The notes beneath the pieces are model-generated. The model searched no databases. It was given only the letters and a program-made list of their open reading frames with translations, and had not been told where the DNA came from. This document shows, piece after piece, positions 10,234-19,448 of a DNA stretch of 64,000 nucleotides. Position 1 is the first letter of the stretch; each line of letters opens with the position of its first letter. The translations under genes were made by a program, and so were the position numbers. The stretch comes from Abditibacterium sp. (GTDB taxonomy: Bacteria; Armatimonadota; Abditibacteriia; Abditibacteriales; Abditibacteriaceae): assembly GCA_965199495.1 (NCBI GenBank), contig CBDASK010000003.1, positions 3,424,001-3,488,000 on the forward strand. The letters run 5' to 3'.

Positions 10234-10704
10234 ATGCGACAATTGATTAAGTTTTGCATCGTCGGCGCCTCCAGCACGGTGATTGATAAAGGCATTTTCT
10301 GGTTATTGCTCAACGCGTTTCCGCTCGTGCCGTGGTGGGTGATGCAAAGTATTTCGTTTTGCTTCGGCGTTTCCAACGGTTTTTTCTGGAACCAACGCTG
10401 GACGTTTCGCGCGCATAAACAAGGCGCGACGCGCTCGCAATATTCCAAGTTTTTCCTCACCAATGTCATCGGATTGGGTATCAATCTGCTGATTACCAAA
10501 GGTTTTTTGTTTTTGTTCACCGGCAAGTTCATTCACGTCGTCAATCCCGATAAGAAAACAGTTCTGATTGCGTCTTTGTGCGCCGTCCCGATTGTGGTGG
10601 TTTGGAATTTCGGCGCCTCGCGTTTGTGGACGTTCAAGGCGCCCAGCGAGCCAAAGTCGAACGTCGAAAGTGAAATTGGCGCGCCGCCGATTGCGGCGCC
10701 GTAA
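10234..10704 (+). CDS. GtrA family protein (lipid-linked sugar translocase)
   Basis: QLIKFCIVG, NQRWTF and WNF..SRLWTF motifs. Confidence 0.9.
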   Translation: MRQLIKFCIVGASSTVIDKGIFWLLLNAFPLVPWWVMQSISFCFGVSNGFFWNQRWTFRAHKQGATRSQYSKFFLTNVIGLGINLLITKGFLFLFTGKFIHVVNPDKKTVLIASLCAVPIVVVWNFGASRLWTFKAPSEPKSNVESEIGAPPIAAP

Positions 10705-10712
10705 ACAGCGCC

Positions 10713-11291
10713 TTACTTTTCCACACTGCCGCGCCGACTCCACGGCCACAACCGGTAAACCGCGCGCGCGGTAATATCGCCTTCGCTAATCGGCCCATTC
10801 CGGCTCGAATCGTCCGAGTTGTTGCGGTTGTCGCCCAAAACCCAATACTGATTTGGCCCCAAAGTCACAGGCGCGCGCTTAAATTCATCGGACGGTTCTT
10901 TGAGATAAGGCTCAATGGGAATATCTTGGTTGACGTGAAAGCGTCCGTCGGTATAATGAATCACTTCGCCCGGCATTCCGACGATACGTTTGATCAAAGT
11001 TTCGCCCTGTGAATCCCAAGTGTTAGGCGCGATGAAAGTCACGATGTCGCCGCGTTTCCAAGTGCCGCGCAAAACCACGCGATGATCGGTCAACAAATAA
11101 TCGCCGATTTGTAGTGTCGGCTCCATCGAACCCGAAATAACCAGCGCGGTATCGAAAACTAACGATTTGAGCAGCAATACAAAGAGCAGTGGCAGGAGGA
11201 TCAAACCCATGCGAAACAGCGATTTATTGAAGCGGGTTTTGGCCGGGTCAGGCGCCGTGGCTGATGTGCCGGAAGAGAATTCGATGGGCAT
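10713..11291 (-). CDS. lepB: signal peptidase I
   Basis: SGSMEPTL, RGDIV, IKRIVGMPG, LGDNRNNSDDS. Confidence 0.95.
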   Translation of the reverse strand: MPIEFSSGTSATAPDPAKTRFNKSLFRMGLILLPLLFVLLLKSLVFDTALVISGSMEPTLQIGDYLLTDHRVVLRGTWKRGDIVTFIAPNTWDSQGETLIKRIVGMPGEVIHYTDGRFHVNQDIPIEPYLKEPSDEFKRAPVTLGPNQYWVLGDNRNNSDDSSRNGPISEGDITARAVYRLWPWSRRGSVEK

Positions 11292-11299
11292 ATGTTTTT

Positions 11300-11396
11300 C
11301 GTAGAGACGCCGATTTATCGCGTCTAAAACGTTTAAGATTCCGCAAAACTTGTGCGTTCATTCACGTTTTAGACGCGATAAATCGGCGTCTCTACG
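11300..11396. repeat. GTAG-type REP doublet (REPIN), variant A
   Basis: 33-bp perfect inverted arms cgtagagacgccgatttatcgcgtctaaaacgt. Confidence 0.92.
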
Positions 11397-11404
11397 GGCC
11401 TTTT

Positions 11405-12748
11405 CTACAAATCTAACTTATCGCGCAAATAGCTTTCGACACGATCTAAGCCGACGCGTTCTTGCAACATCGTGTCGCGGTCGCGCACCGTCACGGCGTT
11501 GTCTTTTTCGATGGTATCGAAATCCACCGTCACGCAGTAGGGCGTGCCGATTTCGTCCTGACGGCGATACAATTTGCCGATGGCGCCGGTATCGTCATAT
11601 TGCGCGGCCATGCGTTTGGCCAGTTCGCCTTTGAGCTTTTTGGCGACTTCGACAATCGGCGCTTTATTTTTGGCGAGCGGCAAAACCGCGACTTTGACGG
11701 GCGCGATTTTGGGATGAAACTTCAAAACCGTGCGCATATCGCCCGGCTTGACTTCTTCTTCGTGATAAGCGTCTACCAAAAACGCCAGCGTCGCGCGGTC
11801 GGCGCCCGCGCTCGGCTCGATGACGTAGGGCACGATATGTTGATTAGTTTGCGGATCGAGGTAAGTCAGCTTTTTGCCGCTCATTTCGGCGTGCGCCTTC
11901 AAATCGAAGTCGGCGCGGTTGGCGATGCCTTCCAATTCCGACGGCTCGTCCATAAACGGAAATTGATACTCGATGTCGGTCGTTCCGGTCGAGGCTTCGG
12001 ATTGCGCGTAGTGCGCCAGTTCGTCTTTGTCGTGCGGGCGCAAACTGAGGTTTTCGGGTTTAATTCCTAAATCCAAATACCATTGATAACGCGCGTCAAT
12101 CCATTCCTGATGAATGCGCGGCGCATCTTCGGGGCGACAGAAATACTCGATTTCCATCTGCTCGAATTCGCGCGTGCGAAAGGTAAAGTTGCCCGGCGTG
12201 ATTTCGTTGCGAAACGCCTTGCCGACTTGGGCAATGCCAAACGGCAACTTCTTGCGCGTGGTGGTTTGCACGTTGCTGAAGTTGACGAAAATGCCCTGCG
12301 CCGTTTCGGGCCGCAGATAGGCGATGTTCGAGCCGTCCTCGCGCTCGACCGGCCCCACGCTCGTCTTAAACATCAAGTTAAATTCGCGCGGCGGCGTGAA
12401 CGAATCCTTCGCGCCACAGTTCGGGCACGGAGCCGACAAATCAACGTGATCGGCGCGAAAGCGCGCGTTGCAGTTTTTGCAGTCCACCAACGGGTCGGAA
12501 AATGTGTCCAAATGCCCCGACGCTTTCCAGACAATCGGCGCCATCAAAATCGCCGAATCGAGTCCGACCATATCATCGCGCTGACGAACGACGGCATTCC
12601 ACCACGCCTCTTTGACGTTGCGCTTGAGTTCGACTCCGAGCGGGCCATAATCCCACACCGAGGCGAAACCGCCATAAATTTCCGATGATTGAAACACAAA
12701 GCCACGTCGCTTGCACAGCGACACGATCTCTTCCATTTTTAAAGCCAT
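11405..12748 (-). CDS. glyQS: glycine--tRNA ligase, homodimeric (alpha2) type
   Basis: [54 protein letters not shown]. Confidence 0.97.
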   Translation of the reverse strand: MALKMEEIVSLCKRRGFVFQSSEIYGGFASVWDYGPLGVELKRNVKEAWWNAVVRQRDDMVGLDSAILMAPIVWKASGHLDTFSDPLVDCKNCNARFRADHVDLSAPCPNCGAKDSFTPPREFNLMFKTSVGPVEREDGSNIAYLRPETAQGIFVNFSNVQTTTRKKLPFGIAQVGKAFRNEITPGNFTFRTREFEQMEIEYFCRPEDAPRIHQEWIDARYQWYLDLGIKPENLSLRPHDKDELAHYAQSEASTGTTDIEYQFPFMDEPSELEGIANRADFDLKAHAEMSGKKLTYLDPQTNQHIVPYVIEPSAGADRATLAFLVDAYHEEEVKPGDMRTVLKFHPKIAPVKVAVLPLAKNKAPIVEVAKKLKGELAKRMAAQYDDTGAIGKLYRRQDEIGTPYCVTVDFDTIEKDNAVTVRDRDTMLQERVGLDRVESYLRDKLDL

Positions 12749-12805
12749 AGCCGTTAAAGGTTAGCGAATTTGGACGCGTTCAGTCGAAAGAATCGGTCAA
12801 TTCGA

Positions 12806-13810
12806 TCATAAAGGTGTTTCAAACTTCAGTGGCCAATTTTCGTTTACCGAAATTTTGCCGCGCAACGTGAGTTTGTGGCGCGCTTTGAAAAGCGAATCCA
12901 GATGAACTGAGAGGCTGTTGACATCCTCGCCCTCAACAAGTTGTTTTTTGAGTTTCCTTTCGGCTGCCGACCAGCCAACATCCTCGAAATCAAAGTTGCC
13001 TTTGCGATTATATCGATGAATATTTCCTTTTTCGTCCACGATTTCCACATCGTAAATGCGCGAGGAAGATAGAGCGGATTTGAAATTATCATTCTTTTGG
13101 CGGCGATAAATGATGTGGACTTCTGCCTCTTCTCTCATCGCAATATCTCTTCGACTGGGGTCGTTCAAATTTACGAAAGGATCGACCACAACTTTGATTA
13201 TCTGCCCACCCGTCGTGCGATCATTGGATGAAGGCATTGTTTCGCCTGCTTTACGAATCTCGCGCTCGATTTTTAAAGGCGCAAGTCCCGCCAGACTGTA
13301 TAGTCCGCGAAATTTAACTGCTCCTGCCTCTGAGGGCACGCTATTAAGCCGCACGAAGCTAACGAAGACGTAGTTTCCATCTTCGTCAACAGAATACTTT
13401 GTCGTTCGTTCTTCACCGACTTTGGTTTGTCTAACCGCAATCCCGTTGCGTGTCGTCGTTAGAACTCCGCCCGTCCATGCCGTTTGTTTTCTTCTGCCAA
13501 GCGGCAATGATGCTATCGAAGATAGCAATGCTTCTGGGTGCAACGGGTCTGCTGGGCCGTTGCCGTTGCAACAATCGTTCGTCCATTCTGGCCGAGGCCA
13601 ACCCGGAGAAATTGTTACTGTCACTTGATGGCTGAAACCTCGTTCCTGCCAATACCCCGGCGCCGATTCGGCTTTGAAATCCGAAACATACATCGAACGC
13701 GGTTGAGGCTTAGGTCGTGCTTCTCGCCCCTGCCACCAAAACGCCAGCGCGCCGATGAGTAAAAATGGCGCGAACAGCCACAGTTCGCGCGCTTTGAATC
13801 GTTGTCGCAT
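12806..13810 (-). CDS. lineage-specific membrane-anchored paralog, copy 1 (RFKARELWLFAPF family)
   Basis: 334 aa; shared N-terminal anchor and C-terminal GKIS...WPL.F motif. Confidence 0.85.
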   Translation of the reverse strand: MRQRFKARELWLFAPFLLIGALAFWWQGREARPKPQPRSMYVSDFKAESAPGYWQERGFSHQVTVTISPGWPRPEWTNDCCNGNGPADPLHPEALLSSIASLPLGRRKQTAWTGGVLTTTRNGIAVRQTKVGEERTTKYSVDEDGNYVFVSFVRLNSVPSEAGAVKFRGLYSLAGLAPLKIEREIRKAGETMPSSNDRTTGGQIIKVVVDPFVNLNDPSRRDIAMREEAEVHIIYRRQKNDNFKSALSSSRIYDVEIVDEKGNIHRYNRKGNFDFEDVGWSAAERKLKKQLVEGEDVNSLSVHLDSLFKARHKLTLRGKISVNENWPLKFETPL

Positions 13811-13814
13811 TTCT

Positions 13815-13836
13815 TTAGTTTACATTTGCATCGAAG
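13815..13836. repeat. 22-bp direct repeat, left copy (matches 16698-16719)
   Basis: ttagtttacatttgcatcgaag. Confidence 0.9.
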
Positions 13837-13912
13837 ACAAACATCGCTAATCGTGCGACGATAAATTCCAAATTATTTTATATTTGAGCCGAATTTGACA
13901 TATATTTGGCGT

Positions 13913-14286
13913 GTGAATCCTGAAGAGAAACCACTGGATCGATTTAAGGGCGTGCAAATCACCACTCCACCGATGGGGGCGGTTGCGCGGCGTGAGGCCG
14001 GTTTTTTGCTGGGGCGCATTGCTGGGGCGCATTGCTGGGGCGCATTCAGGATGGCGAAGTTTTGGGAATGCCGCACGCGCGACCATTGTCAAACATCGCC
14101 GCTGGTCTCTACGAATTGCGTATTCGCGAGGCCGATAAAAACTGGCGCATCTTCTATCGCGTTGATGATGACCGTATTCTGCTGATTCACCAGATCAATA
14201 AAACGACGCAAACTTTGCCCGACAAAGACAAAGCGTTAATTCGTCAACGTCTCGCTGCTTACGATGCAGCCAAAGCCGAGGAGTAA
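13913..14286 (+). pseudogene. RelE/ParE-family (Gp49/DUF891-like) toxin, frameshifted by a tandem 13-bp repeat
   Basis: N-half ITTPPMGAVARREAGFLLGRI and C-half QDGEVLGMPHARPL...LYELRI...WRIFY lie in different frames, joined at (TTGCTGGGGCGCA)x3. Confidence 0.85.
14006..14046. repeat. tandem repeat, 13 bp x3
   Basis: TTGCTGGGGCGCA at 14006, 14019 and 14032. Confidence 0.97.
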
Positions 14287-14292
14287 ACCAAA

Positions 14293-14586
14293 ATGAAAAC
14301 CGAAGATTTGGGCCGCGAAGTCACGCGCGCCGAACTGTTGGGACTCACGCCCGAAGACGAAGCCATCGTTAATATCCGCTTGGCGCTGCACCGCAAACTC
14401 AAAGAAGCGCGCGCGCGCAGTGGCTTGAGTCAGGCGGCGCTGGCGCAGCGCATCGGGTCGAGCCAATCGCGCATCGCCAAAGCCGAAGCGGGTTCGCGCG
14501 AAATTTCGCTCGATTTAATCTTGCGCGCCGCCATCGCGAGTGGAGCCACGGCGCGCGAAATTGGCGAAGCGATCCAGGCGATGTAA
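14293..14586 (+). CDS. XRE-family HTH antitoxin
   Basis: GLSQAALAQRIGSSQSRIAKAEAG...SLDL; directly after the RelE-like toxin. Confidence 0.9.
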   Translation: MKTEDLGREVTRAELLGLTPEDEAIVNIRLALHRKLKEARARSGLSQAALAQRIGSSQSRIAKAEAGSREISLDLILRAAIASGATAREIGEAIQAM

Positions 14587-14601
14587 CTTGAAAGCGCAAA
14601 G

Positions 14602-15600
14602 CTACTTCGCGGGCGCCGTGGCTGCTGGTCGCGGCGGCAGTTTTATCTCGAATGGAATCGGCCATCTGTCGCCTAAATATACGTTGCCTTTGACAGTGAT
14701 GCGGCCTTTGGTTTTATCTTGCGCGTCTATGGACAAATTGAAAACTTTGCCGATCTGACCGGGCTTCAACGAGATTTTTGGCTCTTCCGGAAAGCCTGTT
14801 CCGTAAGTTGTATAGCCAGAAACTCCAGTCGTTTCGTCATTCATGTCGGTGATTGTGCAATTTAATTCGGGCTTTTTTGTCTTGGATGCCAGCGGCAGAA
14901 TCGGTTCGACAATGATTTTAATCGCGGTTAGATCAGAGGTTTTCGATAAGTTGCTGACTGCGCCCATCGGGTTGTTTTTCCATGGCGTTGCTTCAATCGA
15001 GACCAACTTAACGCCCGGATTTTTATCTACTGGCGGAAACTTCTCGCCCGCCGCGCGCACCACTTTTTGTGCCCTGACTAAATCGCCATTCTTAAACTGG
15101 TAAAGCCCCCGGAAAGTGACTTTGCCCAACTTCGGCGACACCCCGCGCAGATTGAAAGGATGCTTGATTTTATAGTTTTGTCCATCAAATTGAACAATTC
15201 TTGGATAGCCCGTGGAAATAGCATCCACGAACACCGTTTTGTCCGGTCGAAGAGCTGTTATAATTCCGCCCGCCGCCCATTTGATGTTGGTTTTGGGCGT
15301 ATAATAAACAGTTGGCGGCCTTTTCTCATTCATCGGATCGAGCGAAAGTGGCGTTTCGTCTATTTCGCCCCACCAACGCGGCTTAGGCCACGAATGCGAG
15401 AGCGTTACCGTAACATAATGGCTCACATCCATCGCTTCATCGCGCCCCGTTGCGGGCGTGCGCTCGATTTTCGACACATACATCCCGCGTTTTTCCGGTG
15501 GATTGACTTGTTCCCAACGCCGGTAAAATAAGGCCGCCACGCCGATGAGTAAAAATGGCGCGAACAGCCACAGTTCGCGCGCTTTGAATCGTTGTCGCAT
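14602..15600 (-). CDS. lineage-specific membrane-anchored paralog, copy 2
   Basis: First 60 nt identical to copy 1; WPKPRW, FRGLY and RWPIPFEIKLP motifs. Confidence 0.85.
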   Translation of the reverse strand: MRQRFKARELWLFAPFLLIGVAALFYRRWEQVNPPEKRGMYVSKIERTPATGRDEAMDVSHYVTVTLSHSWPKPRWWGEIDETPLSLDPMNEKRPPTVYYTPKTNIKWAAGGIITALRPDKTVFVDAISTGYPRIVQFDGQNYKIKHPFNLRGVSPKLGKVTFRGLYQFKNGDLVRAQKVVRAAGEKFPPVDKNPGVKLVSIEATPWKNNPMGAVSNLSKTSDLTAIKIIVEPILPLASKTKKPELNCTITDMNDETTGVSGYTTYGTGFPEEPKISLKPGQIGKVFNLSIDAQDKTKGRITVKGNVYLGDRWPIPFEIKLPPRPAATAPAK

Positions 15601-15615
15601 AAAATAGAGTTTCGC

Positions 15616-16692
15616 TTATGGCGTTTCGATTGGCTTGCCATCGCGCCAGAGCGGAATGGGAAAATCGTCGGCTTTGCCAACGTAGGTATCAGCGCCGCCG
15701 CGAGGTGGCAATTCGACCTTGAATTGTAAGGGCCAGCGTTGATCGAGCGAGATTTTCCCGCTCATGGTCAGGCGCCCCGTTGTTTTAATGCGCTGATCTA
15801 TCATCAATACCGTCCCTTGCACTCGCTCATTGTGCGCACGATTGGCGTTTGCCGAAGTCTCGCCGCTACTCGTGCCTTGAGAAAAACCTGTGGTCGAGTA
15901 AGGGCTGATTATCACGCCCTTTTCGTCTTTCAACTCGATGTCATAAACCGGAAATCCACCGAAATTTGATTGCGAAGCAGTCGCTTGCAAATCTCGAACG
16001 CGGAAGTTCAAACGGCAATCATCCTCTTTGCTGGTTTTGCCGCGCACCGTGGCACCATTGAAAACTTGAAATGGTTTCGCATCAATTGCGAGCAGTTGCG
16101 CGCCCGGATTTTTGTCCGTCGCCATCGGCAAAGTTTCGCCCGCCTTGCGCACGGCTCGCTCAAGGGCAATCTGCGGTTGTCCGACAATGCGATACAAACC
16201 GTGAAACGTGATCGCGCCCGCTTTAGCCGGAATTTCGCTGAGCTTAATATAGTGAGAAAAGCGATAGGTGTCGTTTTCAAACGTTCCTGAAGTTGTCAGA
16301 ATCGCGTCTTTGTCGGGCCATCGAATATTTCTGCCATCCTGCACGAAGGTAATCGCTCCACCCGGCGAAAGATATTGATTGAGTGTCGTGCCGCCAATCA
16401 GGCTTTCGGGTCTTTCCGGATGAAGCGGATCACACCGGCTACTAATATTTCCCGTTTGCCCCCACCATTTTGGGCGCGGCCACGGATGCGAAACACTCAC
16501 TTCGACTTGATGGCTGTAACCTTTTTCCCGCCAATATCCCGGCGCCGCCTCGACTTTGAAATCTGAAACAAGCATTCCGCCTGCGCCCGGTCTGGAAACT
16601 TGTTCGACGCGCGCCCAGTAAATTGCGCCCGCGATAATTAGTAAAAACGGCGCGAACAGCCACAGTTCGCGCGCTTTGAATTTGAGTTTCAT
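15616..16692 (-). CDS. lineage-specific membrane-anchored paralog, copy 3
   Basis: KFKARELWLFAPFLLI, WPRPKW, FHGLY, GKISLDQRWPLQFKVELP. Confidence 0.85.
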   Translation of the reverse strand: MKLKFKARELWLFAPFLLIIAGAIYWARVEQVSRPGAGGMLVSDFKVEAAPGYWREKGYSHQVEVSVSHPWPRPKWWGQTGNISSRCDPLHPERPESLIGGTTLNQYLSPGGAITFVQDGRNIRWPDKDAILTTSGTFENDTYRFSHYIKLSEIPAKAGAITFHGLYRIVGQPQIALERAVRKAGETLPMATDKNPGAQLLAIDAKPFQVFNGATVRGKTSKEDDCRLNFRVRDLQATASQSNFGGFPVYDIELKDEKGVIISPYSTTGFSQGTSSGETSANANRAHNERVQGTVLMIDQRIKTTGRLTMSGKISLDQRWPLQFKVELPPRGGADTYVGKADDFPIPLWRDGKPIETP

Positions 16693-16697
16693 CGGCG

Positions 16698-16719
16698 TTA
16701 GTTTACATTTGCATCGAAG
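16698..16719. repeat. 22-bp direct repeat, right copy (spans the 3' end of the UbiA-family gene)
   Basis: ttagtttacatttgcatcgaag. Confidence 0.9.
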
Positions 16720-17629
16720 GCAAAAGCGTCAGAAATGCGACCCACAGCGCCCACAAAATGCCGTTGATAACCAAAGGTTTGTCGCGCAACATTTGTTCGG
16801 GTTCGCCGCCGACGGGCGAACCGTGCGCCAATAATAAATAGCGGAACACGCCGTAAATCACGAACGGAATCGAAGTCATCATTAAGGGCGTTTGCGCCAA
16901 GTTGCCCAACGGTTTAACCAAAGGCGCTTGGAAGGTGTAGAGCGAATACGAGATAATCGTCAGGCCCGCCGCGACCGAGATGAAAGTATCGAGCATTTCG
17001 GCGGTGTAACCTTTCAACACGCCGCGCGTGGCTCCGTCGCTGCCGACTTCTAAAAGTTCGGCGCGCCGTTTACATAAGGCGACGAACAAAGCGAGATTAA
17101 AGGTGCAGAACAGAATCCACGGCGAAATCAAAACCGGAATCGCCACGCAACCCGCGACAACGCGCACCACGAAACCCAGAGCCACGGCGAGAACATCAAT
17201 CACAACTTCGTGTTTGAGGCGCAGCGAGTAACTCACGGTTAAAGCGAAATAAGCCAATCCCGCCACGCCAAACCAACGCGATGCCGGGTGCGAAACGCCG
17301 ATGGCAATCGCCAAAATTGTGGCGGAGATTAACAAGCCGACGAATAAAAACAGCGCGCCACGCGGCGAAATGCGGCCCGCCGCCAACGGGCGATTGCGCT
17401 TAATCGGATGCAAACGGTCGCGTTCGATGTCGAGCCAATCGTTGAGCAAATAGGCCGCGCCCGACAACGCGCAAAAGCAGCCAAACGCCAGCAAAACGCG
17501 CAAGAGTTCGTCGAGCAAAACGCCGCCGGGCGCGCGCAGTCGTCCGGCGAAGATGAAGCCGCCGAAAAGCAAAGCGTTCTTGGCCCACTGGCGCGTGCGA
17601 ACGGCTTTGGAAATGTCACGAAATTTCAT
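16703..17629 (-). CDS. UbiA-family prenyltransferase, decaprenyl-phosphate phosphoribosyltransferase-like
   Basis: R..QW.KN, YLLNDWLDIERDRLHP.KR.RPLAAG, YS..LK, KRR.E motifs. Confidence 0.9.
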   Translation of the reverse strand: MKFRDISKAVRTRQWAKNALLFGGFIFAGRLRAPGGVLLDELLRVLLAFGCFCALSGAAYLLNDWLDIERDRLHPIKRNRPLAAGRISPRGALFLFVGLLISATILAIAIGVSHPASRWFGVAGLAYFALTVSYSLRLKHEVVIDVLAVALGFVVRVVAGCVAIPVLISPWILFCTFNLALFVALCKRRAELLEVGSDGATRGVLKGYTAEMLDTFISVAAGLTIISYSLYTFQAPLVKPLGNLAQTPLMMTSIPFVIYGVFRYLLLAHGSPVGGEPEQMLRDKPLVINGILWALWVAFLTLLPSMQM

Positions 17630-17663
17630 TGTTGGATAAATTGAGAGATTTAGTTTGAGGAGC

Positions 17664-17762
17664 GCGCTTCGCTTTCAGCGGGGCTGACGCCCTCTTCCAA
17701 TCGGGAATTTGTCTTTCCACCAAGATTGGAAGAGGGCGCAAGCCCCGCACAAAGCGAAGCGC
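17664..17762. repeat. imperfect long inverted repeat (REP-like)
   Basis: gcgcttcgcttt..gcggggct..cgccctcttccaatc / gattggaagagggcg..agccccgc..aaagcgaagcgc. Confidence 0.8.
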
Positions 17763-17773
17763 ACGTCAAATGA

Positions 17774-18868
17774 TTAAATCCCGCAACTCTCTCGCACCGC
17801 TTCCGCCTTTACGTTCTCGACTTTGACCATCGCGCCCAAACGCGACGGCAAAATGAAATTCACGCTGGCGCCGCGATTCTTTTTGTCCAAGGCCATCGCC
17901 GCCCATAACTCGTCCCAATTTAAATGATTGGGCACGCGCGTTGGCAAATCGCAACGCTCGAACAAACGCGTCTGTCGTGCCAACAAATCGGCGCCCGCCG
18001 TTTGGCTAATCGTGCCCAACTGCATCGCCAAACGCGCTTCGACCGTCATGCCAATGGCAATCGCTTCGCCGTGCAAATGGGCGCCGTATGCGCTGACAGC
18101 TTCGATGGCGTGCCCGACGGTGTGGCCGTAATTCAAAATCGCGCGCCGCCCGACGCTATCGCTTTCGCGCTCGTCTTGCCCGACGACATCGGCTTTAATC
18201 TGACACGAACGCGCGATAACGTGAGTCAACGCGTCAGGTTTTAGCGCCAAAACGTCGTCCAAGTTTTCTTCGAGCCAGCCGAAAAATTCGGCGTCGTCAA
18301 TCACACCATATTTGATGACTTCGGCCAAACCCGCGCGAACTTCTCGCGGCGGCAAAGTTTGCAGACAATTCGGGTCAACGATAACAGCCCGTGGCTGCCA
18401 GAAGGCGCCCAACAAGTTTTTGGCGCGCGGATGATTGACGCCGGTTTTGCCGCCGACACTTGAATCCACCATCGCCAGCAAAGTCGTCGGCACCTGCACC
18501 CACGAAACGCCGCGCATCCAACTGGCGGCGACAAAACCCGCCAAATCGCCGGTCACGCCGCCGCCCAGCGCCCACACGCAGCCACGCCGACTGAAGCGCG
18601 CATTTGCCAAAGCGTCGAAAGCAGTTTCCATCGTGGAAATAGATTTGAATTGCTCGCCGTCGCCCATGTTGAAACGCATCACTTTTTGGCCGCGATTTTC
18701 GAGTTGTGCTGTCAATTGGTCGGCGTAAAGCGGCGCGACGGATGCGTTGGATAAAAGCGCGATTTCGCCGGGAAGGGCGGCGTCGGGCAATTCGGGCAAT
18801 TGGGCGAGGGCGCCGCTTTCGATGATGATTGGATAAGCGCGCTCGGCGAGGGGAACGGTGACGATCAT
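17774..18868 (-). CDS. aroB: 3-dehydroquinate synthase
   Basis: GEQFKS, GGGVTGDLAGF, PTTLLAMVDSSVGGKTG, LNYGHTVGHAIE; start taken at MIVTVP. Confidence 0.96.
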   Translation of the reverse strand: MIVTVPLAERAYPIIIESGALAQLPELPDAALPGEIALLSNASVAPLYADQLTAQLENRGQKVMRFNMGDGEQFKSISTMETAFDALANARFSRRGCVWALGGGVTGDLAGFVAASWMRGVSWVQVPTTLLAMVDSSVGGKTGVNHPRAKNLLGAFWQPRAVIVDPNCLQTLPPREVRAGLAEVIKYGVIDDAEFFGWLEENLDDVLALKPDALTHVIARSCQIKADVVGQDERESDSVGRRAILNYGHTVGHAIEAVSAYGAHLHGEAIAIGMTVEARLAMQLGTISQTAGADLLARQTRLFERCDLPTRVPNHLNWDELWAAMALDKKNRGASVNFILPSRLGAMVKVENVKAEAVRESCGI

Positions 18869-18942
18869 GGGCGCGCCATAGTTTGCCGCACGCGGGCGAT
18901 TCGGGTTTAAAGTTGCATAAGCTCCCTTGTTATTGGCTCTTC

Positions 18943-19088
18943 TGTCATTTCGAGTGAGGCACGAACCGAGAAATCTTGCGGCCCCGCGCCAGCGGAAACC
19001 ATGCTTTCTCCTCAACGTTGAAGTGTGATTGACCTGCGCTGCCGCGCGGGCGTAAGATTTCTCGGTTCGTGCCTCACTCGAAATGACA
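18943..19088. repeat. MITE/REP-like element with 35-bp perfect terminal inverted repeats
   Basis: tgtcatttcgagtgaggcacgaaccgagaaatctt at 18943-18977 and its reverse complement at 19054-19088. Confidence 0.9.
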
Positions 19089-19257
19089 ATGATAGGAGAC
19101 ATATGTTGAATTGCTAAACGCTCACAACTCGGCACTTGACGCGCTTTTAAACGTCTAAACCTTGCAGAAAACAACCGGGCGTGTTAAGATTGTTTGAGCG
19201 CCTTTCGCCCGAAGAAAATTTCGGAGAAATCGAGCGCCCACACCATCATGTTGAATT

Positions 19258-19330
19258 GGGTCGTTAGCTCAGTTGGTAGAGCAGGGGACTCTTAATCCCA
19301 AGGTCGTAGGTTCGATCCCTACACGGCCTA
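19258..19330 (+). tRNA. tRNA-Lys(CTT)
   Basis: GGGTCGT/ACGGCCT acceptor stem, AGCTCAGTTGGTAGAGC D arm, CTCTTAA anticodon loop, GGTTCGATCC T arm; CCA not encoded. Confidence 0.95.
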
Positions 19331-19379
19331 CTCATTTCACGTCTATCGCCTTGCGGTGCAACCGGCAACGATAGCCACG

Positions 19380-19415
19380 ACGCGAGACTTCTGCTTCCAG
19401 AAGTCTCGCGTTTTT
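19380..19415 (+). terminator. intrinsic terminator after tRNA-Lys
   Basis: acgcgagacttctg...cagaagtctcgcgt followed by a T tract. Confidence 0.75.
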
Positions 19416-19448
19416 GTTTTTCCGTCTCTTTTTCACAATCCTAAATAT

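Noticed and set aside
18869..19174. Long N-terminal extension of aroB (likewise hflX from 19356, DUF1501 from 32112, ccmA from 36974, cobA from 43261)
   Set aside because: The extensions run through intergenic repeats or terminators, and family similarity begins at downstream ATGs.
19258..19330. tRNA-Lys or tRNA-Leu as an island integration site
   Set aside because: I saw no duplicated tRNA 3' end and no integrase nearby.
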